This document shows positions 16,425-25,098 of a DNA stretch of 46,975 nt, one piece after another (the first letter of the stretch is position 1; each line of letters starts with the position of its first letter). The position numbers and the translations under genes were made by a program. The DNA comes from Anaerolineae bacterium (GTDB lineage: Bacteria > Chloroflexota > Anaerolineae > CG2-30-64-16). The DNA lies in the NCBI GenBank assembly GCA_026645775.1, contig JAPKMS010000142.1, positions 1 to 46,975 on the forward strand, read 5' to 3'. The notes under the pieces are model-generated. The model had not been told where the DNA came from, made no database searches, and worked only from the letters and a program-made list of their open reading frames with translations.

Positions 16425-19400
16425 TTGAAATCCTCGCACAGGTTAGATATCCTTTGCATCCTGGCACTGCTGCTGCTGCCGCTCCTGTGGTTTGCGCCAC
16501 AGGTGCTGGGCGGCAAAACGCTGCTCCCTGTCGATAATCTTTACACCTTCAACCCCTGGCAGAGCTTTGCTGCGCAACAGGGCGTCGGTGTGCCGCACAA
16601 CGGCCTCATCAGCGACCTGATCCTGGAGAACTACCCGTGGAAGTCGTTCATCAGCGAGGCGCTCCGGACGGGCGACCTGGCAGGTGTGCTGTGGAACCCG
16701 CGGCTATTTGCCGGGGCGCCGTTCCTGGCCGCGGGACAGCAGTCCGCGCTCTACCCGTTGACGGCGTTATTCTACATCCTGCCGCTCTGGCTCGCTTACG
16801 GCGTCTTCACCTGGCTCCAGATCGGGCTGGCCGCGGCCGGCATGTACGTCTTTGCGCGGGTGCTGCGTCAGCGCCGGTTGGCCGCCATGCTGGCCGCGGT
16901 CGCCTATGCGTTCTCCGGCTTCTTCATTGTCAGCGTCAACTTCACGATGATCATCGCCGCGGCCGCCTGGCTGCCGCTGATCCTGGCGATGATCGAGATC
17001 GCCATCCGCAAGCAGGAGCAGAAAGGCGCCGGCCCCTTCTCGCCGGTGCCCTACATCGCAGCGGGCGCGCTCTTCTTGGGGATCGAGAACCTCGCCGGGC
17101 ACGTCGAAATCACCTACTACACCCTGATGGTCAGCGCGTTCTACGCAGCCTGGCGGTTGATCGCACTCCGGCGCCGGGTCGGCGCCTGGCGGCCCGCGCT
17201 GCGGTTGGCCAGTTGGTTGGGGGTGATGGTGGCACTGGGGATGGCCCTCGGCGGCGTGCAACTGCTCCCGCTGTTCGAGTTGGTGCGGCAGAGCTTCCGT
17301 GAAGGGTCGGCCAGCTTGCAACAAGTGCGGGATTGGGCCTGGCCCAGCCGGCAGATCATCACCTTCCTGCTGCCCGATGCGTTCGGCAACCCGACCACCC
17401 ACAGCTATTTCGACATCTGGCAGCGCGTCTGGACACCCGTGACGCAAAACGCACTCGGCGGCGAACTCACTGCCATCGATTGGGGCGTGAAGAACTACGT
17501 CGAGGGTGGGAATTACCTGGGCATTCCAACGTTGCTGCTGGCAGTCATCGCAGTCATGACATCCGTTATCCGGAATCGAGGCTTTAGCCGGTTTGTCGGA
17601 TTCCCCACGCAACCGGCTGAAGCCTCGATTCCGGAGCCATCGAACCGCCGTGGCTCCGTCTCCCTCTTTGCTGTCCTGGCCGTGCTCTCGCTCCTCTTCG
17701 CTTTCGGCACACCGCTGTACGCCATCCTCTACTATGGGCTGCCCGGCTACAGCCAACTGCACTCCGCGTTCCGCTGGGTGTTCCCCTACACGCTGAGCAT
17801 GGCGGTGTTGGCAGGGTATGGGCTGGACGCGTTAATTGCAAATTGCGAATTGCGAATTGCGAATTCACCTGCCTATCCAAAGCAATCTACGATCCGAATT
17901 CCGCAATCCGCAATCATCCTCGGTTGGTTGGCCGTGATCGCCGGGACCGGGGCGCTGGCCGCGGTGCTGGTCAGCATCTTCGTGCCGGGACCCTTCGTGG
18001 CGCTCGGCGACCGGCTGCTGGCCGCGTCCGATCTGGCGCGGCAGTTTGGCTATGCCGACGGCGCGATGGCCTGGAGCCATCAGGCGTTGGGGCTGGCGCG
18101 GTTTGGGGCGATGGCGTTGCTGTCGGGCGGCCTGTTGGTGTGGGGAACACGGAGACGCGGAGACAAGGAGACAAGGAGACAAGGAGACAGGGATCTCCCC
18201 CACACTCCCATCCTCCCACACTCCCATCCGCCCATACTCCCCCTCGCCGCGTCCTTCATCGCCCTGCTCATCCTCGATCTCTGGCTGTTCGGCCATCATT
18301 TCAACCCGGCGACCGACCCGGGGCTGTTGCAGTTCAAGCCACCGGCCATCGAGTACCTGCAAAGCAAGCTGGATGCGACGCAGCCGTGGCGGCTCACCAG
18401 CTTCGACGTGCCCGGCGAGAAGGTCTTGAACGCCAACGCGGCCATGTCGTACGGGCTGGAAGACGTACGCGGTTACGACTCGATCATCCCCAAGCAGTAC
18501 GTCGCGTACATGCGCCGCATCCAGACGCAAGATGACCTGCTCTACAACCGCATCGCGCCGATCTACACGCAGATCGGCGGCCAGCCCAACTATGACGCGC
18601 TGGATAATCCGTTACTGGATCTGCTGGGCGTCCGTTATGTCGTCACCACGCATGCGATCCCCAACGCCGGTTATGAGCTGGTCTACGATCAGGAAGTCAA
18701 GGTCTACGAGAACCGGGGCGCGTACCCGCGTGCCTTCATCGTGCCGGCGGCGGTCGCTGCGGCCGATCAAACCCAGGCGCTGGACCTACTGCAAACCGTG
18801 GATCCCGCGCAAACCGTGGTCATTGAAGGCCTCGCCGCAGATAAACTACCGGCGCCGGCATCGCCCCAGGTGCGCGAGGCGCGGATCAGCCAGCGCGGCA
18901 ACCGCGAGATCTTCGTGGACGTGAACATCAGCGATCGCGGTTGGCTGGTGTTCACCGACAACTATTTCGACGGCTGGAAGGCGTACCTGCGGCCGTTCGG
19001 GGTGGAGGGCGAGGGCGTCAACGAACAGGGCGAGTCCATCGAAGAGCAACTGTCGCTCTACCGGGCCGATGGCACGTTCCGCGCAGTGTACCTCCCGGAA
19101 GCGGGCCAGTGGACGGTGCGCTTCGTTTATTCCCCGCGCAGCCTGCTGCTGGGGCTCTACGCCAGCTTCCTGGCGGGCATCACGCTGCTCCTGCTGGCCG
19201 GCTGGTGGGCGTGGGGCCGTTTTTATCGCGGCGAGCGCAGCGAGATGGGCACCGTCGCCAAGAACAGCGCGGTGCAGATGGGCATGTCGTTGCTGAGCAA
19301 GGGCATCGATTTCGCGTTCGCGATGCTGCGTCTGCGCATACTGAGCCCAGCCGGCGAAGGCAGTTACGCGTTTGCGATCGCATTCTACGGCATCTTCGAG

Positions 19401-20744
19401 ATCGTGACCCGGTTCGGCCTGGGCACCCTGGTCACGCGCGATGTCGCCATTGACCGCAGCCGCGCCCGTCGGTTCCTGGCCAACACCCTCGCGCTGCGCA
19501 CCGGGCTGTGGCTGCTGAGCTTACCAGTGATGGCCGCCGTCGCGCTGAGCTATCGCGTCTTCCTCCATCAGCTCACCGGCGCCGAAGCACAGGCGATCCT
19601 GCTGTTCGCCGGCGCACTGCTGTTCGCCAATATCAGCGACGGCATCAGCTCGATCTTCAATGCTTATGAGGAGATGGAGTACCCGGCCGGCATCGCGACG
19701 GCAATCGCCACGGCCAAGGTCGCGTTGGGCGCGCTGGTGCTGCTGCCCCCCTTGGAGCTCGGTTTTGTGGGCCTGGCCGGCGTCTCGCTGGTGATGAACA
19801 TCGTGCAGATGATCTGGCTGTGGGTCGTGCTCCAGGATAAGGTGCTGGGCCGAGAAAACGCGGCGACGCGGGGACGCGGGGACGCGGGGACGCGGCGAGG
19901 GAGGCTCGGCCTCGACCTGCCCCTCCAGCGCTACATGCTGCGCGAATCCGGCCCGCTGATGATCAACAACCTGCTGGCGACGGTGTTCTGGCGGATCAGC
20001 CAGTTCGTGCTGCGCGGGGCGACCAACCCGGCGGCGCTGGGCATCTTCTCTGCCGGTGTGAAGTGGTTGGACGGCTTGAACGTGATCCCGGCGTATTTCA
20101 CCCTGGCCATCTTCCCGTTGATGAGCCGTTATGCGCAGGCGGGCAAGGATTCGCTGGTGAAAGGTTACCGGCTGGCGTTACAACTGCTGTTCATCGTCGC
20201 GTTGCCCATCGCCATCTTTTTCACCTTCGCCGCCACGCCGCTGATCCAGATCCTGGGCGGTGCGGCATATCTGCCCGACTCGGCCATCGCGCTGCGCATC
20301 ATGATCTGGTCGATCCCTATCGGCTTCGTGAACTCGGTGACGCAGTACGTGCTCATCGCAGTCAACCAACAGCGCACCCTGACCAAAGCGTTTATCATCG
20401 GCGTGCTGTTCACTGCCGCGGCCAACCTGATCTTCATCCCCCGGTTCGGCTACGTCGCCGCGGCCATCATCCAGATCCCGGCGGAGCTTTCGCTCTTTAT
20501 CCCGTTCGGTGTCGCCGTAAGACGCCACGTGGCGCCGATGAACTGGGCGGCGCTGTTGGGCCGGCCGCTGCTGGCCGCAGGGCTGAACGTCGCGGCCGTT
20601 TGGGGCTTGCAGCGTATCGGTTTGCCCCTGTGGCCCGCGCTGGCGATCGGCTTCGGCATCTACGCGGCGGTGCTCCTCGTCCTCGGCGTTTTCCGGGCCG
20701 AGGAATTTGGCGCCCTTCGCAGTCTTCTGAGACGCAGGCGGTAA
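16425..20744 (+). CDS. Fusion of YfhO-like (GT-C fold) membrane protein and C-terminal Wzx/MOP-type flippase
   Basis: N-terminal WNPRLFAGAPFLA...LYP, AYAFSGF, GYDS, LLDLLGVRYV, YENRGAYPRAF, DNYFDGWKA. From about 19250: VAKNS...FGLGTLVTRDVA, IFPLMSRY, NLIFIPRFGYVAAA. TTG start. Confidence 0.8.
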   Translation: MKSSHRLDILCILALLLLPLLWFAPQVLGGKTLLPVDNLYTFNPWQSFAAQQGVGVPHNGLISDLILENYPWKSFISEALRTGDLAGVLWNPRLFAGAPFLAAGQQSALYPLTALFYILPLWLAYGVFTWLQIGLAAAGMYVFARVLRQRRLAAMLAAVAYAFSGFFIVSVNFTMIIAAAAWLPLILAMIEIAIRKQEQKGAGPFSPVPYIAAGALFLGIENLAGHVEITYYTLMVSAFYAAWRLIALRRRVGAWRPALRLASWLGVMVALGMALGGVQLLPLFELVRQSFREGSASLQQVRDWAWPSRQIITFLLPDAFGNPTTHSYFDIWQRVWTPVTQNALGGELTAIDWGVKNYVEGGNYLGIPTLLLAVIAVMTSVIRNRGFSRFVGFPTQPAEASIPEPSNRRGSVSLFAVLAVLSLLFAFGTPLYAILYYGLPGYSQLHSAFRWVFPYTLSMAVLAGYGLDALIANCELRIANSPAYPKQSTIRIPQSAIILGWLAVIAGTGALAAVLVSIFVPGPFVALGDRLLAASDLARQFGYADGAMAWSHQALGLARFGAMALLSGGLLVWGTRRRGDKETRRQGDRDLPHTPILPHSHPPILPLAASFIALLILDLWLFGHHFNPATDPGLLQFKPPAIEYLQSKLDATQPWRLTSFDVPGEKVLNANAAMSYGLEDVRGYDSIIPKQYVAYMRRIQTQDDLLYNRIAPIYTQIGGQPNYDALDNPLLDLLGVRYVVTTHAIPNAGYELVYDQEVKVYENRGAYPRAFIVPAAVAAADQTQALDLLQTVDPAQTVVIEGLAADKLPAPASPQVREARISQRGNREIFVDVNISDRGWLVFTDNYFDGWKAYLRPFGVEGEGVNEQGESIEEQLSLYRADGTFRAVYLPEAGQWTVRFVYSPRSLLLGLYASFLAGITLLLLAGWWAWGRFYRGERSEMGTVAKNSAVQMGMSLLSKGIDFAFAMLRLRILSPAGEGSYAFAIAFYGIFEIVTRFGLGTLVTRDVAIDRSRARRFLANTLALRTGLWLLSLPVMAAVALSYRVFLHQLTGAEAQAILLFAGALLFANISDGISSIFNAYEEMEYPAGIATAIATAKVALGALVLLPPLELGFVGLAGVSLVMNIVQMIWLWVVLQDKVLGRENAATRGRGDAGTRRGRLGLDLPLQRYMLRESGPLMINNLLATVFWRISQFVLRGATNPAALGIFSAGVKWLDGLNVIPAYFTLAIFPLMSRYAQAGKDSLVKGYRLALQLLFIVALPIAIFFTFAATPLIQILGGAAYLPDSAIALRIMIWSIPIGFVNSVTQYVLIAVNQQRTLTKAFIIGVLFTAAANLIFIPRFGYVAAAIIQIPAELSLFIPFGVAVRRHVAPMNWAALLGRPLLAAGLNVAAVWGLQRIGLPLWPALAIGFGIYAAVLLVLGVFRAEEFGALRSLLRRRR
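17569..17635. repeat. REP-like long palindrome inside the CDS
   Basis: TCCGGAATCGAGGCTTTAGCCGGTT / AACCGGCTGAAGCCTCGATTCCGGA: 25-bp arms, one mismatch, 17-nt loop. Confidence 0.85.
17834..17915. repeat. Heptamer tandem repeats (AATTGCG and CAATCCG types) inside the CDS
   Basis: AATTGCA plus AATTGCG x3 at 17834-17861; degenerate CAATCCG tract at 17883-17915. Confidence 0.85.
18151..18242. repeat. Octamer tandem repeats (GGAGACAA and CCCAYMCT types) inside the CDS
   Basis: Five GGAGACNN units at 18151-18190, then five CCCANNCN units at 18199-18238. Confidence 0.88.
19857..19895. repeat. Octamer tandem repeat (GACGCGGG) inside the CDS
   Basis: GACGCGGG x3 plus a partial copy at 19865-19895; degenerate unit at 19857. 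Confidence 0.85.
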
Positions 20745-20745
20745 C

Positions 20746-21588
20746 ATGGAAACGACCTACAATGTCCTGGAACTCGCGCATCTCACCATGAAGTTTGGCG
20801 AGGCGGTTGCGCTCACCGACCTGTCGCTCGAGGTCGGTCCCGGCGAAATTTATGCCCTGTTGGGCGAGGACAGCTCAGGGATCGTGACCCTGTTCAAAAT
20901 CCTCGCCGGCCTCCACCGTGCGGGCGCCTACTCCGGCGAAATCCGCGTCGCCGGCCAGCCGGTCATCTTCCGCGAACCGCAAGATGTGCTGCGCGCCGGC
21001 ATCGGCATCGTGCCCCGCCACAGCAGCATCTTCGGCAAGCTCAGCGTCGCCGAAAACGTCACCATCGGGCTGTGGCAGAGCCAGGGCAGCTTCCTGGTCA
21101 ACCAGCGGAAGATCGCAGACCAGGCCCGCCCCATCCTGGATGTGCTGGGCCTCAAGGTGGATCTTGAGACGCTGGCCGGTAAGCTTACCCCAGGGCAACA
21201 GCGGCTGCTGATGATTGCGCGGGCGATCGCGCCGCGCCCCAAGCTGGTGGTCTTCAGCGAGCCGGCCGCGACCCTCAATTCGCCCAGCGAGCTCAGTCAC
21301 CTGATCCGAGCCATTCGCACCCTGGCCGAGCAGAACATCGCCAGCCTGTACCTCACGCGCCGGCCGGCCGAGGTGCTGCAGATCGCGGATCGCGCCAGCG
21401 TCTTGCGCGATGGCCAGCTCAACGGAACGTGGCCGCGGGCCGCGCTCGATCAGACGACCCTGGCCCTCGCGATGGCCAGCCAGCGGATCGGCGATGGCGG
21501 CTACGTAGACAGCGATGAACCGGAAGCGCGGGGCGGCCTATTTGGCTCATTTTCATCGTTCTTCGGGTTCGGTAAAAGAAAAGGGTAA
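20746..21588 (+). CDS. Sugar-ABC-type ATP-binding domain protein with degenerate catalytic motifs
   Basis: Resembles the N-terminal half of RbsA/XylG (KFGEAVAL, GEIYALLGE, LSVAENV, IADRASVLRDG), but Walker A is GEDSSGIV and Walker B is VVFSEP. Confidence 0.8.
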   Translation: METTYNVLELAHLTMKFGEAVALTDLSLEVGPGEIYALLGEDSSGIVTLFKILAGLHRAGAYSGEIRVAGQPVIFREPQDVLRAGIGIVPRHSSIFGKLSVAENVTIGLWQSQGSFLVNQRKIADQARPILDVLGLKVDLETLAGKLTPGQQRLLMIARAIAPRPKLVVFSEPAATLNSPSELSHLIRAIRTLAEQNIASLYLTRRPAEVLQIADRASVLRDGQLNGTWPRAALDQTTLALAMASQRIGDGGYVDSDEPEARGGLFGSFSSFFGFGKRKG

Positions 21589-21600
21589 CGGGAGGTTCTC

Positions 21601-23805
21601 ATGCGCATCGGCATCATCACCAGCGGCGGCGATTCACCGGGCATGAACGCGGCCATTCGCGCGGTCACCCGCTGCGCGTTGGATCGCGGCATTGAGGTCG
21701 TCGGCATCCACGAAGGGTGGCAGGGTGTCGTGGACGGCGGCGACAAATTCCAGCCATTCAACTGGCGCAGCGTGGGCGGCATCCTCCAGTTGGGCGGCAC
21801 CATCCTCGGCACGGCCCGGTCGGAAGATTTCCGCAAGCCCGAAGGCCGGCGGAAGGCGGTGCGCAATCTGGTGAACGCGGACATCGACGGCATGGTAGTC
21901 ATCGGCGGAGACGGCTCGCTGACCGGGGCGCTCCTGCTCTATCGGGAATGGGCCGATCACCTGACCGCGCTGGCGGCCGAAAACGCGATCCCCGCGAAGA
22001 AGGCCAAGAATCCGGCGCCATTTCGTGTCGTCGGCCTGCCCGGCTCCATCGACAACGACCAGTTCGGCACCGATATGAGCATCGGCGCGGATACGGCGTT
22101 GAACACCATCGTCGAGGCGGTGGACAAGCTGAACAGCACGGCCGACTCACACCAGCGCACCTTCGTCGTCGAGGTGATGGGGCGCCGCTGCGGCTATCTG
22201 GCACTGATGAGCGCGGTCGCCACTGGCGCCGATTGGGTGCTGATCCCCGAAGAAGAGATGGACTCGCGCTGGCATTACAAGATGGTCGACGCGTTGAAGC
22301 GCGGGCGCGCCGCGGGCCGGCGTCACGACGTCATCATCTTCGCCGAGGGCGCGCGCCACAGCGATGGGCTGCCGATCAAGGCCGACACCATCGTCGAAAT
22401 CCTGAAACAACGCATGGGCGTGGAAGCACGTGTCACCGTGTTGGGCCACGTGCAGCGCGGGGGCACGGCCACCCCATTTGAACGCAACCTGGCCTCGCGG
22501 CTCGGCGCGGCGGCGGTGGAGCATCTCGCGGGCGACGATCCTACCCCGGTGATGGTCGGCCTGATCCACAACGAGCCCAAGACGACCTCCCTGGAAGAGG
22601 TCGTCGCCAAGAGCCAGGCCATCAACGCGGAGATTGACAGCGGCAACTTCGAGCAGGCGCTGGCGCTGCGCGGGCGCAGCTTCGCCGACTCGCTGGAGCT
22701 GCTGAGAACGCTGGCTCGCGCCGCGCCGAAGCAGGATGTGACGGACCGCGGCCGCATCGCGGTGATGACCGGCGGCCCGGACGCGCCCGGCATGAACGCG
22801 ATCGTGCGCACCGCGCTGCGCATCGCTCGCAACGAAGGTCAGGACGTGGTCGGTGCGCGTTACGGGTTTGGCGGCCTGGCGCAGGGCGATGTCCAGGCAA
22901 TCCACTGGATGGATGTCCAGGGCTGGATCAACCTGGGCGGCAGCGAACTGGGGGCCGTCCGCCACGAGCTGACGCCGGAAGAAATCGGCCAGATCGCTGA
23001 GCAGATCAAGAAATGGGATCTGCGCGGGATGATTGCGGTCGGCGGCATGGAGACTTACAAGGAGGTGCGCAAGCTGATCGATGCGCGGGAGCGCTACCCT
23101 GAACTGCGCATTCCTATCATCTGCGTGCCCGCAACCGTCGACAACAACCTCCCCGGCACCGAGATCACCATCGGCGCGGACACGGCGCTGAGCAACATCG
23201 TGGACGCGATCGATAAGATCAAATACACCGCGGGCGCTGCACACCGCGCGTTCATCGTCGAAGTGTTTGGCCGGCGTTGCGGCTACCTGGCGATGGCGGC
23301 GGCGATGGCCAGCGGTGCGGAGATGGAGATCCTGGCCGAGGATGGCATCAACCTGGATTTACTGCAGAAGGATATTGCGGTCCTGCGCAGCGGTTTTGCC
23401 GCCGGCAAGAAGATGGGCATTGTCGTCATGGCCGAAAATGCCTCGCCCTACTACAACAGCGACTTCGTGCGCCGGATCATGGAGGCTGAGGCGCAAGGCT
23501 TCTTCCAGGTGCAGACCACGATCCTGGGCCATCTGCAGCGCGGCGGCGTCCCCACGGCGTTCGATCGTATCCAGGGCAGCCGGTTGGGCGCATTTGCCGC
23601 GCGGCGGATCATCGACGAGATCGCCGCAGGCCGCGATCAGGTTCTGGTCACCGGAATCCAACGTCGAGGGGTGGTGGCCACGCCCTACGACGAGGTGATG
23701 GAGGACTTTGATCTGGAGCACGAGCGGCCCAAGGAGCAGCCCTTCATGAGCTGGCGGACGCTGGCGGATACGCTGGCGAAGCCGGCGCCCAGTGTCGAGG
23801 AATAA
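21601..23805 (+). CDS. pfkA: 6-phosphofructokinase, tandem two-domain (eukaryote-like) type
   Basis: N-half TSGGDSPGMN, GGTILGTAR, GGDGS, SIDND, EVMGR, LGHVQRGG. C-half TGGPDAPGMN, TVDNN, EVFGR, LGHLQRGG. Confidence 0.92.
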   Translation: MRIGIITSGGDSPGMNAAIRAVTRCALDRGIEVVGIHEGWQGVVDGGDKFQPFNWRSVGGILQLGGTILGTARSEDFRKPEGRRKAVRNLVNADIDGMVVIGGDGSLTGALLLYREWADHLTALAAENAIPAKKAKNPAPFRVVGLPGSIDNDQFGTDMSIGADTALNTIVEAVDKLNSTADSHQRTFVVEVMGRRCGYLALMSAVATGADWVLIPEEEMDSRWHYKMVDALKRGRAAGRRHDVIIFAEGARHSDGLPIKADTIVEILKQRMGVEARVTVLGHVQRGGTATPFERNLASRLGAAAVEHLAGDDPTPVMVGLIHNEPKTTSLEEVVAKSQAINAEIDSGNFEQALALRGRSFADSLELLRTLARAAPKQDVTDRGRIAVMTGGPDAPGMNAIVRTALRIARNEGQDVVGARYGFGGLAQGDVQAIHWMDVQGWINLGGSELGAVRHELTPEEIGQIAEQIKKWDLRGMIAVGGMETYKEVRKLIDARERYPELRIPIICVPATVDNNLPGTEITIGADTALSNIVDAIDKIKYTAGAAHRAFIVEVFGRRCGYLAMAAAMASGAEMEILAEDGINLDLLQKDIAVLRSGFAAGKKMGIVVMAENASPYYNSDFVRRIMEAEAQGFFQVQTTILGHLQRGGVPTAFDRIQGSRLGAFAARRIIDEIAAGRDQVLVTGIQRRGVVATPYDEVMEDFDLEHERPKEQPFMSWRTLADTLAKPAPSVEE

Positions 23806-23812
23806 GGACTGC

Positions 23813-23849
23813 GTCATCGGGTGGGTTCAACTTGAACCCACCCGATGAC
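23813..23849. terminator. Perfect palindrome between convergent genes (bidirectional terminator or REP)
   Basis: GTCATCGGGTGGGTTCAA-C-TTGAACCCACCCGATGAC, 18-bp arms, no U-tract. Confidence 0.55.
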
Positions 23850-23872
23850 TATGTTGGCTGGCTGTGCCCGGC

Positions 23873-24973
23873 TCACACCAGCCGGCCTATCTCCGCCACC
23901 AGCCGATCGATCTGCTCCGCCGTGTGCGTCGCAAAGATCGCGATGCGCAGCGCACCGCCGGCAGGGGTGCTGCTGTAACGCGTCACGTGCGCCACGCAGA
24001 GATCACGGGCGAAAAGCTCCGCCTGGATCCGGGCCAGGTCAACCCCCGGCCGCGCGGCCAGGCAGAGGATCGGCACGGGCGTGTCGGCCAGCGCCCAGCC
24101 CAACCCGCGCAGGCCGGCGCGGGCGTGGGCCACGTTGGCCCGGAGCTGCTGGCGGAGCGCCGACTGGCCCCCCGCCAGCGCCAGCGCCTGGGTCGCGGCC
24201 GCGGCCACGGCCAGCGGCGCCGGGCTGGTTGCGCCGAACGCGGCCGCATCCCGGCGCAGACGCTCGATCAGCGCCGCATCCCCGGCGAACAACCCGCCGG
24301 CGCAGCCCAGTGCTTTACTGAGCGTGTGCGTGCTATAGAGCCGCAGGCCCGTCGGGATTCGCTCGCCCCAATACTCCCCCGTCCCCTGCCCCTGCTCACC
24401 GATTACCCCGGTGGCATGCGCGTCGTCCAGGCACAGGATGGCGCCCTCGCACTCTGCCAGCACCGCCGCATAGGCCGGCGCCGGCGCGATCTCGCCGGAG
24501 ATGGGGAAGACGCCGTCGCTCAGCACCAGCGGCCGCTCGCCCGGCCGCAGATGGGCGCGCAGTTGGCCGGCCAGATCGCCGGCATCCCGGTGGGCGAAGG
24601 GATGCACGGGCGCCCCCACCGTGCGGGCGCCGTCCCATACGCTGAAATGTGCAGCCGCGTCGACAAAAATGCGCTCGTAATCGCCGCGCAGGCCCTGGAG
24701 CAGGATCGTGTTGCCCAGGTAGCCCGAAACGTAGTAGAGTGCGCCCGCCGTTGAGAAATAGCGGGCCGCCGCGGCTTCCACGGCCGAGTAAACCGGGTGC
24801 TCGCCGTAACCGCCGCGCGAAGTGCCGGTGCCCAGCCCGTAGCGCGTGAGCGCCGCGTGCGCGGAAGCGATGAGCTCGGGGTGGTTCTGCAACCCAAGGT
24901 AACTGCACCCCGAAAAATAATCCCGCTCTCGACCGTCGATGACGACGCGCGGGCCGACAGGTGATTCCATCAT
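23873..24973 (-). CDS. PLP-dependent alpha-oxoamine synthase family protein (BioF/Kbl-like)
   Basis: FSGCSYLGL, SGYLGN, FAHRD, SDGVF, DDAHATG, TLSKALG (PLP lysine). Start uncertain (24973-24994). Confidence 0.85.
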   Translation of the reverse strand: MMESPVGPRVVIDGRERDYFSGCSYLGLQNHPELIASAHAALTRYGLGTGTSRGGYGEHPVYSAVEAAAARYFSTAGALYYVSGYLGNTILLQGLRGDYERIFVDAAAHFSVWDGARTVGAPVHPFAHRDAGDLAGQLRAHLRPGERPLVLSDGVFPISGEIAPAPAYAAVLAECEGAILCLDDAHATGVIGEQGQGTGEYWGERIPTGLRLYSTHTLSKALGCAGGLFAGDAALIERLRRDAAAFGATSPAPLAVAAAATQALALAGGQSALRQQLRANVAHARAGLRGLGWALADTPVPILCLAARPGVDLARIQAELFARDLCVAHVTRYSSTPAGGALRIAIFATHTAEQIDRLVAEIGRLV

Positions 24974-25098
24974 GTAGCTTACCCTCATCTGCACAGAGCA
25001 ACCGGTGTCATTCGCTCATTCGACCAGGAATTCTCACCTTCGTCCTCTCGACTTTTATAAGATACACGATCGTTGTAAAATGCAGAGGGAGGTGGCCC

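Noticed and set aside
23873-24973. Gene symbol bioF
   Set aside because: No other biotin genes nearby, and BioF, Kbl and SPT-like enzymes cannot be separated from motifs alone.
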